From assembly GCA_963714275.1 (NCBI GenBank), contig CAVQNT010000006.1, forward strand, positions 480,788-544,787: DNA of 64,000 nucleotides, in the 5' to 3' direction. Position 1 is the first letter of the stretch; every line of letters starts with the position of its first letter. Below the pieces are notes generated by a model. It was not told the DNA's origin. It made no database searches and saw only the letters and a program-made list of their open reading frames with translations. This document shows positions 23,949-34,148 of the stretch, in pieces. Source of the stretch: Candidatus Bathyarchaeota archaeon (GTDB taxonomy: Archaea > Thermoproteota > Bathyarchaeia > Bathyarchaeales > DTEX01). Made by a program: the position numbers and the translations under genes.

Positions 23949-24172
23949 TGTTTCTTACCTCGCTTTCTAATTATAGTTCTATGTTTACCAGTAACTGACT
24001 AAGCCTATTTTAAGGTTTTCTAACAAAAAAAGACAGTTTTTACCAATATTAAACAAAAGAAAACGTTTTTTACCACATAAAGAAAAACGATCATATTATT
24101 TCTGGTTTATGGAAAAAATAATTCAATTTGTCCAATTTTGGGAAAAAATTTTAAAATGATCAAAAATCTAAT

Positions 24173-24764
24173 TTAACCGATCACTCTGCCTTCCACAATT
24201 TTGTTTTCGGGGATACCTATTTCAGCGGAAAGCCACCGTCTTGCCGTCTTCGAATTGATGACAGTCTTGTAAGCAGCGTCTCCATCAACCGACATATTTC
24301 CTTCAGACGCAAGCATCTGATCCTCGTCTGATTCAGGGCTTCTTTCTATCCAGCGCCTTACGCCTTTATTCACAGGCATCATCGTTTCGTTGAGCTCTAC
24401 AGAAAAAGTGAACATGTACAGGTCCGAAACAGAGTAAAAGAATGCTTGTTCGCCAATCACCTCGTAGGCTACGAGCAAAGACTCCTTGACTGGCGCCCTT
24501 GAAAGACTGCCAGCTTTTGCAGTTAACCGTTACCAGAGGACCCTTTGTCCCTGTGGCTCCGATAATGTTTCGTATTTTTTGTCCTCCCAGATGTTCGAGT
24601 ACCCGGTCGAGGACTGCCGCCTTCTCTTCAAAAGTCGAAAGATCATTACACACGGCATCGAACCTATCGGCAATTTTTGAAAGCGACTCCTCATGGTCCC
24701 TAAGAATGCTTATTAGTATGTCTAAAACGTCGACTTTTTCCTGAAATTCCTTAGGAGAAGGCAT
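24173..24764 (-). CDS. Conserved archaeal hypothetical protein, frameshift near 24480
   Basis: ORF 24366..24764 (coiled-coil start VDVLDILISILRDHE) and ORF 24173..24478 join into one plausible protein. Confidence 0.55.
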
Positions 24765-24924
24765 ACACGCAAACCTCAGTACAGCATTTCAACATCTAAG
24801 AACTTATTAAGAGATGCGAAAGCCGATTAAGAACATAAAATCTATAAATCACTATGAGATTTTCATACGTATCTAAAAAATAAAACATAAAAATAAATAA
24901 ATCCAGTTTATTAAGACAAGTCAT

Positions 24925-24940
24925 CTAAGCCTTAAACCAT
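24925..24940. repeat. att core copy 3 (16 bp, CTAAGCCTTAAACCAT)
   Basis: Identical to the 3'-terminal 16 nt of endA (41000-41015). Confidence 0.8.
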
Positions 24941-25253
24941 AGTGGCTATGGATCTTAACCTTAAAACCTCAGTTTGGTCAAGACCTCCCTGTTGTAGAGC
25001 GTCTAAAGCAGCATACAGGACCCTGAGAGCTTCCTCAACGCTTGGAAGATCATCTGGAATACTTAATCTCGTTGTAGTAGTCCCGTGAATTCCGTGGGCT
25101 ACTACTTTTAGATCAAGTCTGTCAATTTTCTTCTGTATTGCTTGAGGAGTCTTATTCATCGTTGTAGCTATGAGATTAACAGGCTTCTCTTGTTCACACA
25201 ATTCCCGTAGTTGCTTTTCCTCCTCAGTCTGTCCAAGGCTTACCTTTCAGCAA
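24932..25253 (-). pseudogene. HTH protein (KGKPWT-EEEKQLREL...LPSVEEAL family), truncated at att copy 3
   Basis: Own translation LLKGKPWT then, after a frameshift, EEEKQLRELCEQ...DDLPSVEEALRVLYAAL...EVLRLRSIATMV*. The stop codon lies inside the att core. Confidence 0.55.
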
Positions 25254-25258
25254 ATCAA

Positions 25259-25468
25259 TCACCTTTTCAGTTTGTCCTTGAAATACCATTCAACCGCAAG
25301 TAAGACCAAAGGCACAAGGACTTTGCCGCTTTCCGCATCTCCCCTGATGAGAATGATAACAAGCCCAAGGACGAGAATTAAAGCGATTAAGAAACGGTAG
25401 TCAGCCATCCCGACTTTGATGCCAAGATTCTTAATTGTTATCCGTGGCTCTTTTCGGGGCTCAGGCAT
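25259..25468 (-). CDS. Small two-TM membrane protein
   Basis: 69 aa. Its ATG overlaps the upstream stop, with an AGGAG RBS. Confidence 0.6.
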   Translation of the reverse strand: MPEPRKEPRITIKNLGIKVGMADYRFLIALILVLGLVIILIRGDAESGKVLVPLVLLAVEWYFKDKLKR

Positions 25469-25720
25469 TAAAGGTTCTCCTCTTAATTATGCGCCTACGA
25501 CCAGAAGTAAAGCTCAACAATAGAAGCTCGGCGACGTCAGGCGGAATCTCAGTTTTGTGGATAACCGTTACGCCGTCAAGGAAGCTACAGGGATGCAAGT
25601 GTAATCGACTTCGTAAAAGTCGTTGTTAAGTTTGAAACTATTTTGGGCGAGAACAATATGTCTCCGTTTCTGTCCAAGGACTCTCAGGTATATCCCCCAA
25701 GCGCGCGCTATGAAAAAACG
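25463..25720 (-). pseudogene. 5'-truncated, frameshifted hypothetical gene
   Basis: Own translation AWGIYLRVLGQKRRHIVLAQNSFKLNNDFYEVDYTCIP...VTVIHKTEIPPDVAELLLLSFTSGRRRIIKRRTFNA*. No start codon before att copy 2. Confidence 0.5.
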
Positions 25721-25752
25721 AATACTAGACTCTCAGAAAATCCGTTATTTTA

Positions 25753-25774
25753 CCCTAAGCCTTAAACCATTTAT
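25753..25774. repeat. att core copy 2 (22 bp, CCCTAAGCCTTAAACCATTTAT)
   Basis: Exact direct repeat of 40998-41019. Confidence 0.92.
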
Positions 25775-26076
25775 TATGGACATACTGTTTGAGGTATTGT
25801 ATTTCTCTTTATTTATCTTAAATATTTCCTACTCTTTATTTATATTGAGGTGAGAAACTGTTGGAAAAAAGATTAGAATCTCTAATAATTGATACTTACG
25901 ATACAGTTATGAGAATAGAAAAAAACTTAAGGAAATTGAGGTTAAACTTAACTGAATAGAAAGTAAAACAAAAATGATTTAGATTAACTCTATGAAGATT
26001 TTATTATATGTATGACTTTGAAACTTCCCTAAGATAATCAATGTATAAGGGACTTAATTCAAAGCAAACATATGGT

Positions 26077-26571
26077 TCAAAGATCATGTGATTCATATTC
26101 AACCAGAAGCATTTTAGAATAGACAGATTCAATCATATCTGAAGGGATATGTTCCAAAATTTTTAAATTATGAGTCTTTGGAACATTGATTATTTCTAAA
26201 AGTCGTCTGAGTTCTCTCTTATCATTTTCCTTTAATCCATTAATAAGGTTCGCATATGTTAGAACTTCACTTAATAATCCCAATTCCACGTGTGATGGAG
26301 CCCATGTAATAAGATATCGCTCGTTTTTAATAATATCTGGAATTTCATTTTGTGCTTTTTCCTTAATTAAATATGAAATGAAGTCTCTTCGTTCACGAAA
26401 AGTTTTAAAGGTTGTGTCAAAAACCTTGATTGTGTGTGTTCGGAGAAGTTCGTCTTTAATTTTGCCGATTTCCAATCTAAGATTGGGCTTGGAAAAATCA
26501 TCAAGCAAATAAAATATGACTAAAAAAGTTTTGGTATTTTCGTGCCAATTCCAACGAACATATATAGGCAA
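26077..26571 (-). CDS. Hypothetical protein
   Basis: 164-aa ORF directly downstream of the HEPN-like gene, with an RBS-like GGTG. Confidence 0.6.
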   Translation of the reverse strand: MPIYVRWNWHENTKTFLVIFYLLDDFSKPNLRLEIGKIKDELLRTHTIKVFDTTFKTFRERRDFISYLIKEKAQNEIPDIIKNERYLITWAPSHVELGLLSEVLTYANLINGLKENDKRELRRLLEIINVPKTHNLKILEHIPSDMIESVYSKMLLVEYESHDL

Positions 26572-26579
26572 TTCAACAC

Positions 26580-27450
26580 CTAACCGTTTGACTGTAATAT
26601 CTTGGTTAGTTCTTCAAGACTGTTTGTGCACAGATTTAAAATTTTAAGCCAACCTTCATTCCAATTTGTTAATGGATATCTATCAATACCCAAATTTCTT
26701 AAAACCATTAGAATCTCGGATGAAGTACAATGAACAGGATACATCTTGTTCCTAAGTGTTATCAAATTTCTTAAATTCGAGGTAGCATGGCGAGGAAGAT
26801 TATTATAATTTTCCTTTAGAATATGCTCGAGTATGTTTATCGAACCCTGTAATGTTTTACGCTTTTCTGGATCTTTTATTATGTCTTTTCAGCTCATTCT
26901 CATTAATTCTATCAAAGACACCTGCTAAGGCTTGTATCTTATAAGAAAAATTCTCACAATCTGTACAAGGCTTTGTGAAATCAACAACAGCAAGCATGTC
27001 ATCTAGAACAGGCTTGAAAAAGTTTCTACCAAACTTGTCTTTAAAATTGGTATCAAAATAGTTCCTATTCTCAACAAATAATTGAATTGGTGGCATGACA
27101 AGTGAGGTTCCATAAAGTTCTTTCATTTCTTCCATAACTTTTTCATCAAGTAGAGGAATTAAGTCTGTTTTATTTTGTGATGTATTGAACTCACAGGAAT
27201 CGCAGTTCTTTGACAAATTTAAGTATTTTAAGACTTGACCATAAGTCTGATAAGGACCCACTTTTTCTATCTTCTCGGATCTCTTACAGAAGGCATACCA
27301 TGCTATTTCTCCAGTTTTGTAATGCTTACCAGACATTACAAAGCATCTTTTACATCGTGGAATTGTCTCGTCTGTATAAACGTGCATACCATTAAAGTAT
27401 TTACCCGTATCTCTAACTGATTTGGGAATGCTCATATTCACTTTTACCAA
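26580..27450 (-). CDS. Zn-binding + HEPN-like protein, frameshift near 26885
   Basis: N-terminal CKRC...CDSC. After the shift: QGSINILEHILKE...NLRNLITLRNKMYPVH (R-N-X5-H). Confidence 0.55.
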
Positions 27451-27677
27451 AAAATCTCCCTCGTTGTAGATTGTATATTCTCATTATTAAAAATTATTGT
27501 ATAACTTTTGAAAAATTACTAACTTTTCGCTCCCGCATTAATACTTGTGTTTTCAGGGTTATTTTTGTTGTTTCTAATACAAAATGACCCACAAAACATA
27601 TATGGGACATACCCCCTCTTAACGGGGTTTTTACCCCATGAAAACACCGAAAATATGGTCATGGAGGTTTGATAAAA

Positions 27678-29176
27678 ATGCTTACTGGACAACATGGAAA
27701 TCCGTTTGGAACAGACATAAAGAATGTCAGAATCTTCTTTAGAGACAACAAACCGCATTCACTAAGAGAATTAAACCACTTGCCTAATGCTCATCCCTAT
27801 ATTCGCAAACTGTTTCACCAGAGAAATTGCTTAGAACAAGAGATTTACTAAATTACGATTACATTGAGAAACATGGTAAGAAATCAAAATGGTGTCGTAT
27901 CAGAGGTTACATGTACATTAGGAAAAAAAGTCCAAAATTGTCTGAGAACAACACATTACAATGGGAGTTCAAATATACAGAAAGCCTTACAATGAAAGCA
28001 AACTCAGAAAAGGTAACGCTACAGTTCATAACATATGAAGAAAGTAAAAAAATGCAGACAGACAACTACAAACAAGTCATATCACAAAATGAAATACTGG
28101 AATATTTCAAACAACGAGGCATAGGTGCAACATTGTCGATTATATCAACCGATTTGAATGTAGACCCAAAATTAGTGAAAACACATGTTTACAAAATGGT
28201 CAGAAATGGAAAACTAACAAAGAAAGGAAAATGGAATCAATCATTTGGTCGAGAAACAATATTTAGAGGCAAATTACACGGATACGTCTATGGATTAACA
28301 CCTGAACAATGCGACCTTTTCATTAAATCTGGAGAGGTTTTAAGTCCTGAGACCAATGCCATACTAAAAGAGGTAATTAAAAACTCAAACGAACACAGAG
28401 TTACAGCAACACATCTCTTCGAACATCCGCCATACAATTATGACCCAGCAGGTGTTAAATATGATGCTGAAGTTCTAACAAATACCTTCCCAAACATTGT
28501 AAAAATTGCAGTAGCAGGATATGTATTAATCTATGATAAAGACAAACTCACAGAAGAAGATGTTGAAAAAGAAAAAACCTATTGGACAAACCAAGCAAGT
28601 AAGGACAAATCGCTGGGACATACTATTGGAGAAACACATGAAAAAGTTGTGCAGATATGCTTAGACCAAATGGGTAAAGACGCAGATATTAAGTGGCTAT
28701 TTCAATCTGTTATTCGTAGTAAAAAAATTAGTTATCAAATACGCCTCAGTAACGGTCGTGAAATAGACAGAATACTGCAAGTAAATATCGAACCATTTGG
28801 AATTAAGCATTACTATCCAATAGAAGCCAAGTATCAAAGGACAGATGTAATGATTGCAGATGTATTTCAATTTTACGATACACTTTGCAATTCATACGAA
28901 TACGGTTGTTCTATCAAATACAATGGACAAGATGTAAAAACATTGAAGTTCAATGTGACACCTATATTTATCGCTCCAAAAATAACTAAAGACGCAAGGA
29001 ATTGGGCATTATCACATGGTATGATGGTAATTCCAACATGGGTAATGACACAATATTATCGGAAAAAACACAACCTAAAAACTATCGTAATAAAGGATCT
29101 TTCAACTGAATTTCTTAACCGAACAAACAAGAAGCAAACAATTGATGAATTTCTAAAGGAAAAAATAGGCAGGTGA
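27678..29176 (+). CDS. wHTH + C-terminal PD-(D/E)XK (Mrr-like) nuclease protein, frameshift near 27825
   Basis: wHTH ILEYFKQRGIGATLSIISTDLNVDPKLVKTHVYKMVRNGKL. Nuclease GETHEK...EIDRIL...IEAKY...PIFIAPKITKDARNWA. Confidence 0.7.
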
Positions 29177-29183
29177 ACCAATA

Positions 29184-29585
29184 ATGGTCATACGCAGGGC
29201 AACCATCACCAATGTGCCTGCGTTGACCAAGATACATCGTGAAGTGTTTAGCGGAAGATGGAATTTATCAGAACAAGATATGACATGGCTTGTAAAACAT
29301 TGTCTAACGTATTGGATTAAGGACATTGGTTACATATCTGTTTGTTCAACCAACGGTTATCAAAGAATCGAGTCTCTTGTAGTTATACCCAAATATCAAA
29401 GAAAGGGCTACGGAACACGTTTAGTACGACATGCTCTAATGAAAAGTAAGTGAAGAACAACAGTTATGTGCAGCACAAGAAAAGTGAAGTTCTACGAGAA
29501 ATTCGGTTTTAGAAAAACCAGAGTGTATAAACATCACGATTGTTGGAATGGACAAACTGCGATACTCATGGTAAAAGAATTCTGA
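29184..29585 (+). CDS. GNAT acetyltransferase with an in-frame TGA at 29451-29453
   Basis: IRRAT...LVVIPKYQRKGYGTRLV (motif A), then *RTTVMCSTRKVKFYEKFGF (motif B) in the same frame to a TGA near 29585. Confidence 0.75.
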
Positions 29586-29797
29586 GACTAATGGATTAAA
29601 ATTTATAGCCCAACACATCCGCAGCATTACACAAGTTCACCTATAAATCGCCAAGGTTATCCTTCAATGGCTTTAGTGTGTGTGCGGTGGGTTAAAATTT
29701 AATCCCAAACCCAAACCCAAACTGTGGACCGTATGTTCACATAATTTATATGTTGTAGTGATATAATTCAAATATAGTTTATGAAGGGTGAGAGATC

Positions 29798-30109
29798 ATG
29801 TCTTCTTGCGAAAACATATTAGCGAGCGAGAAAAATCGAGGTGGATTTACTCTCTCAGTAGTCGCAGAGTTCAATGACTATGGTCCTGTTAAGTATACTA
29901 TTCGTATTGAAAAACCGAATGGGGAATGTGCGGACTTTGTTAGTAGCTTGGATGGATTCAGGAAATTTGGAGAGTTGTTATTAGATTTGCATTCGTTTAC
30001 AGAAGAAAAACTCTATGCTACAGACAAAGAAAAACTGAAAGAAATCTTGACTGCTGAAAACATCAAGACTTATGTTACTTTCAAGAAAGTAGGGACATTT
30101 AAGAAGTAA
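29798..30109 (+). CDS. Hypothetical protein
   Basis: 103-aa ORF with a GGTGA RBS and an upstream TTTATA box. Confidence 0.6.
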   Translation: MSSCENILASEKNRGGFTLSVVAEFNDYGPVKYTIRIEKPNGECADFVSSLDGFRKFGELLLDLHSFTEEKLYATDKEKLKEILTAENIKTYVTFKKVGTFKK

Positions 30110-30331
30110 TTCAAGCTAGCGTTGCACTGAGCAATAAGCTTAGCATTAGACATCAGTCAACTCTCTTTCAACGTAAAAAAAATTTGGTTGGTTGGTTGGA
30201 TCAAAATTTAACCGTAACACAGAGGTGTTGATTTTAACCCATTTCTGTGTTGAGGGTTCTGATGGATTTGTTATTTTATGACAAGAACCTTACAACATTA
30301 ATTTTAGTTACAAAAAACATGAAACAAGATT

Positions 30332-31424
30332 ATGCCAACACCAAAAGAAATCCTACATGAATTTTACCTATTACTTAACCAATATGTAATTCTGGGAAGT
30401 TCCTATATCAAATGTAGCGTGATTGGTTTTTTCCACATTAATATTTTCCCGTAATTTGCTGTTTTCTACAAGAAACCTTATTAAAACCAAGTCATAGTGT
30501 GCACTCTTTGTTTGTTTAAACATTTTAGAAGAAAATCTAAACATGATGCAAGTTGCTTGTTACAAAATCCGTAACAATATTGTAGAATATTGTGGAATAA
30601 CAACAAGTGGAAGAATCCACATAATTTCTGGTTCGTTTTGTAACATTTTTTACATTGAATCCAATGTGTTATTATGGAAAACATTAATTACGTATGTGAA
30701 TTTGGTGTTTTAGTTTTTCAGACCATCTATATGTGTTTACTCTTGTAATAGTGGTTTACCCACACTCACAACCCATTTTTAAAAAACGTATTGTATTTTT
30801 ATGTAAAATCCTTTGGATGTTAGGCACCACTTTTGAAACATACAATGAAAACAACAAGATTCTCCCAATCAAACCACAAAAAGGTGGATTTACTGTATTG
30901 TCGGACAGTTAGTAACACAAAACCCAAAGAAAATGGGTTTTCAATGTCCGTTTCCAATACCTTTTACTAAACCCTCTTGGTTTTTTAGTTACAAAGACCG
31001 AACTTGTTGTATTTTTTATCCACACAATTAGTTACAAAACAATGTCTTTTAGGTTTTTAGTGAGTGAGATTCAAACGTACAGACAATGAAATATTTTGAG
31101 GATGTAAAGGAGACAGAGAAGGCAACGAGGCTTATTGAAACTGAAAATTCAAAATCGAAGGGCAAGGTTGAAAGCATGGGTCTCGAACAAGCCGAGTTCC
31201 AAAAGAAGATGAATACGCTCGAGTCACATCAGAGGACTGTTGACCACGTTTTGGGGTTGCTAGACCTTAAGGAAGAGGATGCTAAAGTCATCAGTGAAAT
31301 GATTATGGACTATCGGGAGAGGAAGAGACTAAAAGTGAGGTTGAAATATTGGAGGCTAACCAAAAAAGTAGAGATGAGATACTGGAAGAGCTTAGGAAAG
31401 AAAAAAAGGTTAGTCTATTTCTAA
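30332..31424 (+). pseudogene. Possible heavily decayed tyrosine integrase with an intact C-terminal coiled-coil tail
   Basis: Ordered faint motifs VIGFFHINIFP, LEENLNMMQVA..IRN...GITTSGRI (RD...GxR-like), VRFQYL (RFHxL-like), YRQ-MKYF, then ORF 31086..31424. By-eye similarity only. Confidence 0.35.
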
Positions 31425-31437
31425 TCTAATCAAAAAA

Positions 31438-33222
31438 TTAATCGTGAAATCTGATAGAAACTAATACTTTTTTAATAGATTCAGGGGTTCTGCTCTTTTC
31501 ACCAATATTCTTAGCGATAGAATAGCAAAAAACATTAAAGCCCATTACAATACCTTTCTCCACAAGTATTTTTTGATAAAATTTCCCCAGAATTGTTTTA
31601 CCATTAAATTTTGTAAATGCCATCTTTGATGATACCATGTTCTTTAATTCTTCTATTATTTTTTGAATCTTTTCTAAAATTTTCTTATTTTCATCAGGGT
31701 CCGTGAAGTCACTATTTAATTTCTTTATTGTATCATCTCTTTCAATGACTAACTCGTTCAGATTTCTTCCTTTAAAGTTGAATTTAAAAGGTGGAATTAG
31801 TGTCGCTAATCTCTTATCAATTTCATCCTGCAAACTTTCTTCGCATATAGTGAACATTTCCTTCTCAACATCTTCTGGACAAGATATTCCTGTTTTTTCT
31901 TTGTATGGCTCTAGCACTTCAAATATCGAAACTGGATTTATTAGTGCGTTTTCAATTGTACAGAATTCCCATGTAAATATTGAGGGAGAAGGTTCTCTAA
32001 AAAAGAAATCAGCATCTACGACTGCGTAAGCAGGAAAACCAATTAGCTTGTCCGTAATGATTTGATTTAGTATCATTGTAGTCTTTCTTGACTTCTCCTT
32101 TACCGCCCATTGGTATGAATATAAATTGTTTGGCCTCGGAGCAAAGTAATTCTAATATTCTCTGATCACTTGGGCTAGTCTTTATGTCTTGAGGACTCTT
32201 TCCTTCTATAAACACTATAGGTCGTCCTAGTGTAAGAATGGCAATGTCTCCGCACACATTTCTGAGAAGGTCAAGTTTTTCTTGGCTTGAAACAACTCTA
32301 CGTCAGGCTGGTTCTCGTTTCCTGCTCTACTTTTTTCTACGAGCACGAAAGTCTCTTCAGAAGATGCTTCATTAATTATGACCGGAGAGTGTGTTGCGAT
32401 TATAAACTGGACATTATCCTGATTTGCTCTTTCTCTCATATATTCAATCATTCTCTTTTGAAGTACAGAATGTATATGCAAATCTGGTTCATCAATTACC
32501 ATTATCGTGTCTGGTGTTACATTCAAATCTGGCGGTTTACCCTTTTTCTATTCTTCGTAGAAATGCATTAATTTCCCTCTCGATTAAAGGCATAAACAAC
32601 GCAATGATCTCTTTTTCTCCCAGACTTAAGGTCATCTATGTCGATAGGTTCATTTGACCCCCCAATATTCAAAAGACATGTTACATTACCCCGATTCTTT
32701 TAATCAATACCTACAAACTTCAAATGAGGAAGAAGTAAATCCAGAAGATCCTTAAGTGGTTTATAAACATCAGGTGCATGTCCTTCAGGATACTTTAAAT
32801 CGTTTTTGTCGATTTCAGACACGATCGCAGTCAGACGTCTAATTTCTATCTGAGCAAGAGTATACTTAATGAATCCTAAAGATTCATCAGCACTATCTGC
32901 TCTTCTAGACCGATCTGATAATATTGGCATTCCTTCAATATTGGGTATGGAATCCGCTTCTAATATACTTGAATATTCCAATTCTTGCGTCCATAACGTT
33001 GTTGTTCTAATAGTTCTTCTCCGCCAAGTGCGATGCGGAGCTGACGTAAAGAATTTTACCGGAACCTTTAACCTTATCTCCTGATAACTTCCTTAGTTCA
33101 TATAGTAAGGTAGACTTTCCTACGCCATTAGGACCAGCAATAATCATTAATTTTGGAACTGACTCACAGAATACTTTTTGAATGATTTTTACATCTGTTA
33201 CTTTAAATGATTGTATTGGCAT
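31438..33222 (-). CDS. OLD-family ATP-dependent nuclease (ABC ATPase + TOPRIM), several frameshifts
   Basis: Walker A IIAGPNGVGKST, signature DDLSLGEKE, Walker B IDEPDLHIH, H-loop IIATHSP. TOPRIM VFIEGK...IPMGGK...VVDAD. Confidence 0.8.
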
Positions 33223-33492
33223 GATAGCTCCTCCTATTTTTCCTTGTATGATTCATCGTTTCTTTCGCTCATCTCTATTTACTGATATATCTTTAATAAA
33301 CATCTTTTTCTATTTAACATACATAAACAGTGACTTAAAAATATGATGAAAAATATATATCAATCGATCGAACGAACCATGCCTGAGCTCAAGTTATACA
33401 CAGAAAAGAAGAACTGCAACATATCTCACAGAGAGACATATCTATCAAAAGACAATATATGGCAAGTAGAGATATTATTGTGGGGATAGTAA

Positions 33493-33975
33493 TTGGATAA
33501 AGAAAAAATTTCAATCTTATTCAAAAGTTTAAATGAAAATGAGAGAAAGCCTCTTGAGAAAATATTGACCATAAAAGAAATAGAACTTTGGAATGAAATA
33601 CAAAATGAATGGGTTGAAAAACTAAAGTTCTTTGTGAGTATTGATTCTGTTAGAGAAAAACTTGGTTTGAAACATGATAAAAACAAAATAAAAGAATTCT
33701 ATACTAAAGAAGACATCATTTGGTTAATTCATAAATATTGGAAAAAACCCAAAAATTATCTCCAAGAAAGACTAACTTTAGCACGTGATGCCCAACTTTG
33801 GCTTCTAAATATATATTCAGCCATCTTAACTGTTGGGTTACTAGGTACATGGCTTCTTTTTCTATCATATTGCTTCCAATCACAAGATATTGTACTTTTT
33901 CTTATTATCTTAATTCCAGGAATTATATCCATGAAAATTAATCGTATAAGAAGGTGGATCAGCATTGTTTATTAG
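33493..33975 (+). CDS. Hypothetical protein with two C-terminal TM helices
   Basis: 160-aa ORF with a hydrophobic C-terminus. Confidence 0.5.
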   Translation: MDKEKISILFKSLNENERKPLEKILTIKEIELWNEIQNEWVEKLKFFVSIDSVREKLGLKHDKNKIKEFYTKEDIIWLIHKYWKKPKNYLQERLTLARDAQLWLLNIYSAILTVGLLGTWLLFLSYCFQSQDIVLFLIILIPGIISMKINRIRRWISIVY

Positions 33976-34148
33976 TGATAAATTCATTCGAGGGAATCTA
34001 AACCACTATGATATCGAAAGCTATGTGATTGCTAAGATTCTTGATAAAAAAGAAAAGCCTGAAAAGAAAAATGGACAATAGTTTACGCGCGCGCTAAAAG
34101 TGATAAGATTGAGGAATTAGAACTCACCTAGTAATTGGTGAAGCAGTC

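Larger units (their letters stand above)
24925..25774. mobile_element. Remnant (about 0.8 kb) of a provirus-like element between two att copies
   Basis: Bounded by att copies. Contains three co-oriented minus-strand genes, the outer two truncated. Confidence 0.6.

Noticed and set aside
29688-30241. 11-bp inverted repeat TGGGTTAAAAT / ATTTTAACCCA flanking ORF 29798..30109, a possible gene cassette
   Set aside because: Short and AT-rich, with no target duplication. Chance cannot be excluded.
31438-33222. Gabija system
   Set aside because: A GajA/OLD-like gene is present but there is no adjacent UvrD-like gajB.
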